From NCBI GenBank assembly GCA_017522765.1, contig JAFWYG010000005.1, positions 571,048-635,047 of the forward strand: a stretch of DNA of 64,000 nt, given 5' to 3'. This DNA is from Clostridia bacterium (GTDB lineage Bacteria > Bacillota > Clostridia > TANB77 > UBA1234). Positions within the stretch are counted from its first letter, which is position 1; each line of letters begins with the position of its first letter. The position numbers and the translations under genes are program-made. The notes under the pieces were generated by a model. It was not told the DNA's origin. It did not search any database and worked only from the letters and a program-made list of their open reading frames with translations. This document shows, in pieces, positions 47,952 to 58,081 of this stretch.

Positions 47952-50900
47952 TTACTCTTTAAACATATTTACGAATTCTTCTTCATTTATTTCGCCATGT
48001 TCTAACAAATATTCAACTACATTAGACATCTTATCTTTGTTATCTCTAATTAATTCTTTAACCTCTTCAAAACATTTTTTCAAGATTCTATTTTCTTCAT
48101 CATATATTGTTTTTTCCAATGCTGTATTATTTGAAGATACTTGTGCTAAACCTAAATCGGACATGCCGTATCTTGTAATCATGTTTCTAGCAACTCTTGT
48201 AGCATGCTCTAAATCAGAGGTTCCACCACTCTTATAGAATCCTAAGAACACTTCTTCAGCAGCAATACCTGCTAGCGATCTCTTTATCGAATTCATTAAT
48301 TCTTCTTTCGAATGAACGTAAGCCGCATTCGAATTGTCATACTCAACATATCCTAAAGCTCCCCAACCTTCTGCTTTACACGTAATCTTTTTGATACCAC
48401 ATCTCTTAACTAACAAGTATCCAACAGTTGCGTGACCAACTTCGTGAATCGCAGTCTTTCTCATTTCTTCTGGAGTAATCTTACTTGGATCAGCCATAGA
48501 TGCTCCGTCAAGCATTGAATTTGTAATCTCTTGTATTGTTGGAATATCTTCTGCTGTTATCGTTGTTACATCAGTTGGTGATGCAGTACCACTCTTAGAT
48601 TTTTCTGCAAAATTCTTAGAATGATTAACCATTGTCTTTGAAAATACTTTATCTGCAAATCTACCATTGCCAATGTTATCAACCTTGTAGAAATACTTCA
48701 TAACTTCTTTTACTTTTTCTATCGCACCATCGCTTAAAGTTAATCCACTCTTTTCAACTTTTCTTCTAAATATTTCTGTAAGTTCAGAATCAGAATAATC
48801 TTCAAAGTTAAATGTGTAACCAATTCTAGATGCAATACCAGGATTTATATCCAAGAAGTCTCTCATCTCTTTTTTGTATCCAGCAAAAATTACTACAAAC
48901 TCACCTTTATGATCTTCCATTGCTTTGATTAAAGTTGCAACAGCTTCTGCACCATAATCATGTCCCGGACCACCATGACCATTTGCAAGTGAGTATGCTT
49001 CATCTACGAATAATACGCCTCCCATTGCACGTTCTACAACTTCATTTGTTTTAATTGCAGTTTGTCCAACATATGCAGCAACTAAATCTTTTCTTTCAAC
49101 TTCTACAAGTTTATTCTCATGGATAACTCCCATATCAAATAACATCTTTGCAATGATTCTTGCTACAGTTGTTTTACCTGTACCTGGATTTCCAGTGAAT
49201 ATCATATGCAGATTTGAATCAGGAAGATTTATATTTTGTTTTTCCGCCTCTTTAATAAACGATACATATGTGCCTAAAGAAATTATTTCTTTCTTCAAAC
49301 TTTCCATACCAACAATCTTAGCTAAAGCTTCTTCAACATTTGCACTAGTACTAATTCCGCTTTCAGTAAGCTCTTCAATAGTTGGAATGTCTGCTTCAGT
49401 TATAAGTTCTATATTTTCTCTATCGGCCAAAGCATGTTTCATCAAAGTTTTTTGAATTACTTTATCAACGAAACGACCATTACCAAAGTTCTTTCTCTTA
49501 ACGAAATAATCACAAACTCTTTTTAATGGAACATCAATATCGTCAGCAAATTTAAAACCTGCTTTCTTCATCTTCATATAGAACATTTCCATTAATTCTT
49601 TTACGTTATAATCTTCGAAGTTAAATGTATAACCAATTCTAGATGCAATACCAGGATTTACATCGAGGAATGTTTTCATCTCATCTCTGTAACCTGCAAA
49701 GATTACTATCAAACTTTCTTTATGATCTTCCATCGCTTTAATCAATGTTGCAATAGCTTCAGCACCAAGTTTATCAGATGCAAGTGTGTATGCTTCGTCA
49801 ATAAATAGTACACCGCCCATTGCATGTTCTATTATCTCATTAGTTTTAATAGCAGTTTCTCCACCATGAGTACCAATTAAATCTTTTCTTTCAACTTCAA
49901 CAAGTTTATTCTCATGGATAACTTCCATATCAAATAGCATCTTCGAAATAATTCTAGCGATTGTAGTTTTACCAGTACCCGGATTACCTGTGAATATCAT
50001 ATGCATATTTGTGCTAGGAATGTTTAGTTTCTTTTGTTCTGCTTTCTTAACAAATTTAGCATACTTACCAAAAGTCCTAATTTCATTCTTCACATTTTCC
50101 ATACCGATAATCTTTTCAAGCATCTCTTCAGCAGTTTCATGCTTACCATTTTTAGACTCGTTTTGATTTAATTGTTCAATGCTTGGAATGTCTTTCTCAG
50201 TAATCATCTTCAAGTCTTCAGAATCACCCAAAGCATGATTCATCAAAGTTTCTTGAATTACTTTATCTACAAAACGACCATTACCAAAACTCTTTCTCTT
50301 CGAATAATAGCTAAAGATTCTCTTAAGTGGAACGTAAACATCATCACCACATTCAAAACCATTTTTTCTAATCTTCACACGGAAGATTTCGATCAATTCT
50401 TCAACTGTATAATCAGGGAAATCAAAAGTATAACCTATTCTAGAAGCTATACCAGGATTGATATCCAAGAAGTCTTTCATCTCTTTTTGATATCCTGCAA
50501 AAATAACAACTAGCTTATCTTTGTGATCTTCCATTGCTTTAATTAAAGTTGCAATAGCTTCACTACCAAAGTCGTTTTTACTTTCACTTGCTAAAGTGTA
50601 TGCTTCATCAACGAATAACACACCACCCATAGCTTTATCTATAACTTCAGTTGTTTTTGTTGCAGTTTGTCCAATATATTCTGCAACTAAATCTTTTCTC
50701 TCAACTTCAACAAGTTTATTTTCTTTTACAACACCAAGATCAAAAAGCATCTTCGCCATAATCCTTGCAACAGTTGTCTTACCAGTACCAGGATTACCTG
50801 TGAATATCATATGCATATTTGAAGAAGCTACTTTCAAACCATTTGCTTTGGCTTGCAATTGGAAGAACATATACTTTTCAAACTCTTTAACTTTTTCTTT

Positions 50901-53774
50901 TACACTATCTAGACCAATGATGTTATCCAAAGATTCTTTCTTATATATGTTTGGTGGGAACACCAATTCATTTCTTGAATTTGCGTAGTTAGCAAGATAA
51001 TTAACAATCTCCGGCTTACTAAATGGCATGAACTTTTGATTCAAGCTCACATACTCATTAAATTGTTTTTTATATTCCTCTTCTGTCTCTCTAAGCTTCG
51101 CAGACAAATCCGGATTCAATATTTTCTTGTAACTTACAAACATATCATCTAAAGAATATGTTGGAATATTAATTATATTATTTTGATAAACGAATTTAAG
51201 TCTTGCATCAAGATCCAAGAAAGATTCAATTTCATCAGGCGTTGCATTGATAATTACATAACCTTTAGAAGTAATATTTGCAAGCACGTCAATAGCATGT
51301 TTTATCATCTTCTTATCAAGATAATTTTTGTTGTAAAAATAGAAATCAGAAACAAATTCGCTAATAGAATCAAGCACATAAATCGCATTTGCTTCTAAAT
51401 TGTTTCTTCTATTAACTGTATATCCACCTCTGTATTTGATGTTGTTATTATCTTTTTTGAAACTTGGTTTTTCCTCTATTTCCAAATCATAATAAACTAA
51501 CTTTTCATCTTTATTGATTCTTAAATCAGTAGTGTGATAATAAAGTTTTGCAAAATGAGATGCCGGAATTTTTCTTACATTATCAATTTGATTTTGATTC
51601 TTAATAAGTTCAATAATCTTATCAATAAAGTTATTCTTTGCAGTCTCATCTTCACCAGCAACAATGCAGTGGAAATTAGTTTTACTACTTTCCATGATGC
51701 TGTTAATTGTCACATTCAGATTCTCAATCTTACCATCATAAGAACCTTTTAAATCTTGAAGTTTTTCTTCTTTCTTTGCATTTAACTCATCAATTTTTTC
51801 TTGTATAAAAGTATTTCTCTTAGCATCAATCTCATCTTTGTGAGCAGCATAAAACTCTCTATCTTCTTGTATCTTATGCTCTTGACCAGACTTAGTTAAA
51901 TACAAAATATATGCAGCAACAACAATTGCACAATAAGGCATTCTACAACTATATGAACCGCACAAATCATCAACTTCAACATTTGGTTTTCTATCTAAAG
52001 CTTTTGCTTTTTCCCAACTTTCTATCGGATTAATTTTATTAATATCAAAATCCGAAAATTGTGAATCAGCACAAGAGAAAAGTTCATCAAAATTCATGTA
52101 ACCATCTTTATCTAAAGATCTGCGAATTCTTATCATGTTTCTTTTTACAATTTCTTGTGCAAAATCAAAAGCTTTATCACTTACATTTTTCAAACCATTC
52201 TTTGTATTCCATTTAAAAGTAAAGAATCCATTATCATCTTTATTTACGTTTTTATATTTTTCTCTTGCAGAAAGCTTATCTCTCAAAAGATTTTTATTCT
52301 TCAAATACAATATGTATGCAGCCAAACGTTTTGGACAAGATTGATACTTACAAGTAAAACAAGAATCAGTACGAAAGAACTTTCCAGTACCAACTTTCCA
52401 AGTTCCACCTTTTACATTCACTCTGAAATTTTTATCTGCATTAGCTTTTTCAAGGAACTCATCATCAGTTTCATCACGATCACAAAAACCATATAATTTA
52501 GAACCAATTGCAACCGTATTATTTTCAAAAGCTAAACTAAGACTACCACGTTCAATTATATTTAGCGCAACTTCAATAGACTTATCATTTGCAGCATTTA
52601 AAAAGTCATCTTCGTCCCAATCAAAATCATAAGCTTTATTTTCAGAATTTCCAGCCTCAATTCGCGCAACAATTTGATCATAATTTAATGCAGGTGCTTC
52701 TGATTTTGGTGTAGACACTTCTTGTTCTGATTTAACTGGTGGTTCTAGTTTTGGTTTTTCAGCCAAGTGTACCGTCTTGTCCGCTGGCGGCGGCACAACC
52801 TTCTTTGCATTCTCATCTCTAAATTTAGGAGGTATCGCACCTTTAACATTCTCCATCTTAGGAGGTGTAGGATTTTTTATCGGTTCCTCTAGTTTAATGT
52901 GTTCTTCAACTTTAATTGGTTCGTCGATTTTAATTGGATCATCAAGTTTAATTGGTTCTTCAATCTTTATCGGATCTTCTACCTTGATTGGATCTTCGAT
53001 TTTTATTGGTTCCTCTACCTTAACCGTTTCTTCTTTCTTAATTGGTTCAACCGGAACCACTGGCTCTACCAAGGTTATTGGAGATATATCATCAACGATA
53101 GGTTCATCAACTTTTATAGGTTCGATGGGTTTTACTTGAGGAACTTCATCCTCCTCAGTTAAAACATTAAGCGTAATCGGTTCATCCTTTACCAACGGTA
53201 CAAAATCTGAAGGCAAATCAGAAAGTTTAATCGAAGTAGAATCTTCTTCTTTTTTTGTTGCTTCAGCCTTCGGCTCCATTCTCTTAGGAGCAGGTTTGGC
53301 CTTAAGCTTTGTCACATACTCATCAACCAATTTCTCGTATAATCTATATGCATCTTTATATTCATCCGTTCCATTTGCATATCTTTTAATACTGCTCGCA
53401 ATATAAAAAATCTCAACAAAAGAAACTATATCATCAAAATTATTTTCAAACTTTAACTCGTCAACAGTTTTAATAATTGCTGTGTTTTTCTCTTCATCAG
53501 ACAAAGCTTCAAATCTCAACATTCTAGCATTGTCTTCAAGCAAAGAAATAATATTTCCTATGTGCGAAGCATTAACTCCATCCTCAGAAAAATACATAGG
53601 AAAACGCGCAACAATCTTTTTATTATCAACTTCAAAAGCTCGATTCGCATCATCAGGACAAGCTATAAAATATTTTTTCGTTTCTTCATCAGGTATTCCA
53701 TAACCGATTAAATATTTATTTAACAGTATCTCTAAAACCGAAACACCATCGTTGAAACCAGTTTCCTTATCCAT
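47952..53774 (-). CDS. Giant (1940 aa) multidomain protein: N-terminal domain, EPIK proline/glutamate repeats, Cys-rich duplicated modules, three tandem SpoVK/CbbX-type AAA+ ATPase modules and a C-terminal FtsH-type M41 zinc metallopeptidase domain; no TM segment
   Basis: Walker A three times (MIFTGNPGTGKTT[VI]ARI) and Walker B three times (GGVLF[VI]DEAY[TS]LA). HEVGHATVGYLL...GGTSDLEHATRVARNMITRYGMSD is the M41 HExxH plus helical bundle. The AAYILYL Cys-flanked motif is duplicated. Strong RBS AGGGGGA. Confidence 0.8.
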   Translation of the reverse strand: MDKETGFNDGVSVLEILLNKYLIGYGIPDEETKKYFIACPDDANRAFEVDNKKIVARFPMYFSEDGVNASHIGNIISLLEDNARMLRFEALSDEEKNTAIIKTVDELKFENNFDDIVSFVEIFYIASSIKRYANGTDEYKDAYRLYEKLVDEYVTKLKAKPAPKRMEPKAEATKKEEDSTSIKLSDLPSDFVPLVKDEPITLNVLTEEDEVPQVKPIEPIKVDEPIVDDISPITLVEPVVPVEPIKKEETVKVEEPIKIEDPIKVEDPIKIEEPIKLDDPIKIDEPIKVEEHIKLEEPIKNPTPPKMENVKGAIPPKFRDENAKKVVPPPADKTVHLAEKPKLEPPVKSEQEVSTPKSEAPALNYDQIVARIEAGNSENKAYDFDWDEDDFLNAANDKSIEVALNIIERGSLSLAFENNTVAIGSKLYGFCDRDETDDEFLEKANADKNFRVNVKGGTWKVGTGKFFRTDSCFTCKYQSCPKRLAAYILYLKNKNLLRDKLSAREKYKNVNKDDNGFFTFKWNTKNGLKNVSDKAFDFAQEIVKRNMIRIRRSLDKDGYMNFDELFSCADSQFSDFDINKINPIESWEKAKALDRKPNVEVDDLCGSYSCRMPYCAIVVAAYILYLTKSGQEHKIQEDREFYAAHKDEIDAKRNTFIQEKIDELNAKKEEKLQDLKGSYDGKIENLNVTINSIMESSKTNFHCIVAGEDETAKNNFIDKIIELIKNQNQIDNVRKIPASHFAKLYYHTTDLRINKDEKLVYYDLEIEEKPSFKKDNNNIKYRGGYTVNRRNNLEANAIYVLDSISEFVSDFYFYNKNYLDKKMIKHAIDVLANITSKGYVIINATPDEIESFLDLDARLKFVYQNNIINIPTYSLDDMFVSYKKILNPDLSAKLRETEEEYKKQFNEYVSLNQKFMPFSKPEIVNYLANYANSRNELVFPPNIYKKESLDNIIGLDSVKEKVKEFEKYMFFQLQAKANGLKVASSNMHMIFTGNPGTGKTTVARIMAKMLFDLGVVKENKLVEVERKDLVAEYIGQTATKTTEVIDKAMGGVLFVDEAYTLASESKNDFGSEAIATLIKAMEDHKDKLVVIFAGYQKEMKDFLDINPGIASRIGYTFDFPDYTVEELIEIFRVKIRKNGFECGDDVYVPLKRIFSYYSKRKSFGNGRFVDKVIQETLMNHALGDSEDLKMITEKDIPSIEQLNQNESKNGKHETAEEMLEKIIGMENVKNEIRTFGKYAKFVKKAEQKKLNIPSTNMHMIFTGNPGTGKTTIARIISKMLFDMEVIHENKLVEVERKDLIGTHGGETAIKTNEIIEHAMGGVLFIDEAYTLASDKLGAEAIATLIKAMEDHKESLIVIFAGYRDEMKTFLDVNPGIASRIGYTFNFEDYNVKELMEMFYMKMKKAGFKFADDIDVPLKRVCDYFVKRKNFGNGRFVDKVIQKTLMKHALADRENIELITEADIPTIEELTESGISTSANVEEALAKIVGMESLKKEIISLGTYVSFIKEAEKQNINLPDSNLHMIFTGNPGTGKTTVARIIAKMLFDMGVIHENKLVEVERKDLVAAYVGQTAIKTNEVVERAMGGVLFVDEAYSLANGHGGPGHDYGAEAVATLIKAMEDHKGEFVVIFAGYKKEMRDFLDINPGIASRIGYTFNFEDYSDSELTEIFRRKVEKSGLTLSDGAIEKVKEVMKYFYKVDNIGNGRFADKVFSKTMVNHSKNFAEKSKSGTASPTDVTTITAEDIPTIQEITNSMLDGASMADPSKITPEEMRKTAIHEVGHATVGYLLVKRCGIKKITCKAEGWGALGYVEYDNSNAAYVHSKEELMNSIKRSLAGIAAEEVFLGFYKSGGTSDLEHATRVARNMITRYGMSDLGLAQVSSNNTALEKTIYDEENRILKKCFEEVKELIRDNKDKMSNVVEYLLEHGEINEEEFVNMFKE

Positions 53775-53914
53775 CGTAAATCCCCCTAATTATCATTTGT
53801 ATAGCTAATTTAAATTATATCTCACTTTGCAAAAAATTTGTATAGTAATTATCAAATAAAAAATAGAAAAAGATGCCATAAAATTTTCATTTATAGCATC
53901 TTAAAAATTATCTC

Positions 53915-54679
53915 CTATTTAGTTGCAACAATTCCATAAAGTACGCGTTTCAAAAGTATCCCCTTATCAGATTTGAACCTTCTCACATACTCATCAAACA
54001 AATCTTTTTCAATCATAGCTTTGTGTTCAAAATCAGAATTATCAAACTCAGAAAAATCATCCAAAATTGGAGCCTTCAAAAGTAGTGCCATCAAATCATC
54101 TTCCGTTTCATAATACTCATCTTCCAAAATCTCAACACGTTCAATTTTAGAAAAACCAGCATCAACTAAATCTTGGTAGTCCTTCTCAGCAATAGAAATA
54201 GGATCATTAAAAGCTTGACCTCTACCAAAAAGTTCTTTCATCTCCCAACAATCTTTTTGATCAACACCTTCAATCACAAGCACGCCACCAGGCACAAGAG
54301 CATCATAAATCTGCTTAGCATGAATAACAGTGTGACGCGCAGAGATAAGATCAAAAGAATTGTTGGGCACCTTCATATTTAAATTGTCCATTTGAGCAAA
54401 CTTAACACGCTTGCCAGGATGCTTCTTCAAATTTTCATTAGCAGTCTTAATCATCTCACTAGAAAAATCCGTAGCAGTAACCATCCCAACTTCCGGATAA
54501 AACTCAAGCACCTTCTCTCCACCACCAGTGCCAAGATCAAGGCAATTAGAAGTCGCGTTAGTATGAGCACGTATCACATCATAAAACTCCCAATCAGTAT
54601 GTCTCACAGTCACACACTTGATGTCATCAAAATTCCAATTGCCAATTCTTTCGTAATAATCAAATTCATTTACTTGCAT
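53915..54679 (-). CDS. Class I SAM-dependent methyltransferase
   Basis: LDLGTGGGEKVLEF (motif I) and an acidic motif II/III spacing. RBS AAGGAGAG before the internal ATG (MQVNEF). Terminator downstream. Confidence 0.7.
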   Translation of the reverse strand: MQVNEFDYYERIGNWNFDDIKCVTVRHTDWEFYDVIRAHTNATSNCLDLGTGGGEKVLEFYPEVGMVTATDFSSEMIKTANENLKKHPGKRVKFAQMDNLNMKVPNNSFDLISARHTVIHAKQIYDALVPGGVLVIEGVDQKDCWEMKELFGRGQAFNDPISIAEKDYQDLVDAGFSKIERVEILEDEYYETEDDLMALLLKAPILDDFSEFDNSDFEHKAMIEKDLFDEYVRRFKSDKGILLKRVLYGIVATK

Positions 54680-54957
54680 AAAAATCTCTCCTTCATTCTT
54701 AGCAGCTTGTAACTTTAGATTTATTTTATCACAAGCTACACTCTCTTTAAATTTGGTTGTAAGTATAAAAAAAGAACCTCCCTTCACAAACAGCAAAAAC
54801 AACCATAATTTTGCTATGGTTAAAATTTTTGCCATTCATAAAGAAAGATTCTCAACATTCTTTATTATAATTTCTCCGGTAACATCACGCGAATGGACGA
54901 ATTGAGATGTTACGAATAGATTATAGCATGGATTTGTCAGTAAATCAATGTTTTAAA

Positions 54958-55761
54958 TTACTCATTTATTAATTGGTTGTCTGCTATTAAAACGCTCTTT
55001 CCATTTTCAATTTTAACGCAATCCTTATATCGATTATTAAACAAATCTTTATATTCTATATAAATTTCACTTATACTAGGCACCTCAACGCCGCTATATT
55101 GATACATTCCTAAATCCGTTATTACAAGATTCATTTCCTTTTCTGAGGCAACATGAATTCTATCTTCATATTTATTTAAATATACTTTTTCAATTGTTGG
55201 CTCTGCATCATTTTCATTCTTATATAATTTTGAAATAATATATGATTTGTCAACATCTATTGCAGCCATCGTTTGCCCAGAATTTAAAATTCTTATAATA
55301 TATTTGTCGGAAGTTTCTTTTTGGTTATCAGAAAAATATATGTATCCATCTAAACCGCTATTAGCAAATCTAGAATTATTTGGAAGTTCTAGTCTTACAT
55401 TTAAGTTTGGACGCTGTGATTCTCTAACATTTTCTGTGTTCGCCTCTCTGTCCATTCTAGTAATGACTATTAAAAATACTGCACTAATTAGAGTTCCTGC
55501 ATATGTACCCAAGAAAGATAACCAATCATAATTCAGTGTTAAATTTTGAGTGAATTTAAAAACAGAAAACCAATCATATCTATCAAAGTAATACAATATT
55601 ACTGGTCCAAAAAATATCCAAAATATAAACTGATGTATCGCTTTATCTCTTTCATTACACATTTTATATTCAACAATTCCTTTTCTTATGTATTCTATAA
55701 TTCTATATACCGGAAACGGAAATATAATAATTATTAACAATAATAAATGCCAAACTTTCAT
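54958..55761 (-). CDS. Membrane protein (3 N-terminal TM plus a soluble domain), hypothetical; 24 bp downstream of the OLD-family gene
   Basis: TM helices LLLLIIIIFPFPVY, IFWIFFGPVILYYF and LGTYAGTLISAVFLIVIT. Confidence 0.5.
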   Translation of the reverse strand: MKVWHLLLLIIIIFPFPVYRIIEYIRKGIVEYKMCNERDKAIHQFIFWIFFGPVILYYFDRYDWFSVFKFTQNLTLNYDWLSFLGTYAGTLISAVFLIVITRMDREANTENVRESQRPNLNVRLELPNNSRFANSGLDGYIYFSDNQKETSDKYIIRILNSGQTMAAIDVDKSYIISKLYKNENDAEPTIEKVYLNKYEDRIHVASEKEMNLVITDLGMYQYSGVEVPSISEIYIEYKDLFNNRYKDCVKIENGKSVLIADNQLINE

Positions 55762-55784
55762 TTTAAATCTCCTTTTTCGCGAAA

Positions 55785-57560
55785 TTATAACAGCTTTCCA
55801 ATAAGTATGTCAAATTTTTTTATTGTTTCTTCATCATATAGAAACTCTTTTTTTTCTATTTTTTTCAGTACAGCTAAAGAATAGTATTTTTTTTCACCTT
55901 CATAATCTTTATTATTAATCCCAATTTCATTTCTATCTCTGTCTGAAAACAATGATTCTATGGTAATACTTTGTTCTTCTTTTGGAAGTCGTTCTGCATC
56001 TACAAATATAATATCATTTTCTTGTACTAAAAGTTTTTTTACCAGAACCTTATATTCATTCCTACCATCTCTATCCTGATCCAACAGAACTTTATATTTA
56101 TACCCCCACCCCATTAATATAGAAACTAAATTGTGAATGTTCGAAACTCCTGATGATGGAATTATATTACAGGTATCCTCGATTCCTTTTTGTATAAAAT
56201 ATGCTTTTAAATAATTAAAATCCGAAATTCCTTCTGTAATAATATTATTTTTTTCTGTACTCATTGCTGAAAAACTATACCCCATTTTCATTCCTATAGC
56301 TTCAAGAATTGGAGTAATAGTCTCTTGTTTTCCTGCCATAGAATGCGGCAAAGAATGGTATGCATTACTTATATTACTATTTTCATTTTCATCTTTTATT
56401 ATGGTTCTAACTCTATCTAAATGTTCTTGATATATCATAGAAGGATGTTGGGTTGTATATATTATTTGATTGTTTTTAGATACAAAATTTTCAAATAATT
56501 CTAGTATCATTTTTTGTGCATTAACATGTAAAAACACACCTGGTTCATCTAGCAAAACAACAAAATTTTCCAAATTTGTTTTTTGAGTTTGCGCAAGCAA
56601 CTGAATATAAAAGCTCAAATACCATTTCAGTCCATTACTTCTTTCGCTTAAATTCAGATATTTCTTGTTCGTTTTCACAAGAAAATTTATATATTCATTA
56701 TTAAAATTCATTCTTAATTCAACATTATCTTGTTTATAAAATTGATTAAATCCTTCCATAAATTTTTGAATTTTTTTATTGATTTCTTCCTGAAAATTAT
56801 ATTTATCGCCATCACAAGATAAAATCCAAAATCTTTTTACCTCATCCTTTTCAACACCTATTACTTTCAAAAAACTAGTCAACACATCATCATGCTTTCC
56901 GTTATCTAACACACTGTTTTTCGTATATTTTGATTCTAATTCTACATTTTTTAAAAATATAAAACGTGGTAATAAAGAATATATTGTTTTTATACGTTTA
57001 ATAAACTCTTCAAAAGTTTTTAAAAATTCTGAATATTTACTATTTCTACTCAAATTTTTAATCATAGTATCCATCATAACTGAATATACAAAAACTTTAT
57101 TCTCTATATTTTTAATATTTTCAATCATTTTATTCATAGTAATGTTATGACTCGGTTCACTAAAAGTAATTCCTTTAGATAGGTTTATCAATTCATTTTT
57201 ATAAAATTGTATATTATTATTTTTGCTTATTATTTCAGATAATCCACCTTCAAATTCAACAGCGCCATTTCCTTTTATTGTAAATTTTGTTTCTTTTTCC
57301 GAAAGATAAATTTCCTTTTCTTTTTCATAAGGGAATGCAATCATTGAAATTACAATTTCATCGTTTATATAATTTTTATTTTTGTCTTCATCATTTAAAT
57401 TTGAAAATCCATCAAAATTCAATTTACTAATAGCGTTAAGAAAATTACTTTTACCAGATTCATTTTTACCAACAATTGTTGTAATTTCTCCCAAATCCAT
57501 TCTATTATTTTCTTCTCCAAAAGACTTAAAATTTTTTATTTTTATAGATGTTATTTTCAT
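55785..57560 (-). CDS. OLD-family nuclease (N-terminal ABC-type ATPase plus C-terminal TOPRIM), class-1 architecture
   Basis: Walker A GKNESGKSN, signature-like LSERSNGLK, Walker B VVLLDEPGVFLH, and H-loop TTQHP. TOPRIM IITEGISD and LLDQDRDG. Confidence 0.8.
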   Translation of the reverse strand: MKITSIKIKNFKSFGEENNRMDLGEITTIVGKNESGKSNFLNAISKLNFDGFSNLNDEDKNKNYINDEIVISMIAFPYEKEKEIYLSEKETKFTIKGNGAVEFEGGLSEIISKNNNIQFYKNELINLSKGITFSEPSHNITMNKMIENIKNIENKVFVYSVMMDTMIKNLSRNSKYSEFLKTFEEFIKRIKTIYSLLPRFIFLKNVELESKYTKNSVLDNGKHDDVLTSFLKVIGVEKDEVKRFWILSCDGDKYNFQEEINKKIQKFMEGFNQFYKQDNVELRMNFNNEYINFLVKTNKKYLNLSERSNGLKWYLSFYIQLLAQTQKTNLENFVVLLDEPGVFLHVNAQKMILELFENFVSKNNQIIYTTQHPSMIYQEHLDRVRTIIKDENENSNISNAYHSLPHSMAGKQETITPILEAIGMKMGYSFSAMSTEKNNIITEGISDFNYLKAYFIQKGIEDTCNIIPSSGVSNIHNLVSILMGWGYKYKVLLDQDRDGRNEYKVLVKKLLVQENDIIFVDAERLPKEEQSITIESLFSDRDRNEIGINNKDYEGEKKYYSLAVLKKIEKKEFLYDEETIKKFDILIGKLL

Positions 57561-57597
57561 TTTTCTTCTCCTTATAATATTTCGTTTTTATAAAAAA

Positions 57598-58065
57598 CTA
57601 ATGTTCTAGCCAATACCCAAAGTTGTTATACCCATCATCCTGCACCCAGTCATATACATTAGCTATTTGAGAAAAATAAACATCCTCACCTCTGCAATCT
57701 TTTCCTAAAATACCAAAGCAAATGCTTCCTTTGTTTGATGTCAAACCAGTTCTCATATCTTTTATTTTGTGAATATATACACCAATAATTTTATTCCCTC
57801 TTTTATAGCTTTCTTGAAGTTCGTACCTCACAAATTTTCTGCTAGCCGTTTCTTCTCCTATTAATACAACTGTAACACTGGTACCTTTCAATTGTTCATC
57901 AATCCAATTGTATATAGCGGGATCTCCCCCTAATTTTATTTTTTCAAAATCTGCTTTATCAATAAAACCAGCCGCTTTATTTCCTGGTATTACCCAACTA
58001 TTTCTAACTACATTTGCTCTATTAACATCGTTCGCATAGTGAAAACTAAAAAATACATTTTTCAT
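57598..58065 (-). CDS. TIR-like domain protein of the ThsB / DUF1863 type (Thoeris TIR component-like)
   Basis: VFFSFHYANDVNRANVVRNSW ... SVTVVLIGEETASRKFVRYELQESYKRGNKIIGVYIH ... VYDWVQDDGYNNFGYW. This is the pattern and the conserved C-terminal tail that I recall for Bacillus ThsB and DUF1863, not verified by search. Confidence 0.65.
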   Translation of the reverse strand: MKNVFFSFHYANDVNRANVVRNSWVIPGNKAAGFIDKADFEKIKLGGDPAIYNWIDEQLKGTSVTVVLIGEETASRKFVRYELQESYKRGNKIIGVYIHKIKDMRTGLTSNKGSICFGILGKDCRGEDVYFSQIANVYDWVQDDGYNNFGYWLEH

Positions 58066-58081
58066 ATAAATCCCTCCATTA

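Noticed and set aside
55785-57560. Gabija (GajA-GajB) call for the OLD-family gene
   Set aside because: No UvrD-like helicase gene is adjacent. The downstream gene is a membrane protein, and the only helicase is 6 kb away with other genes between.
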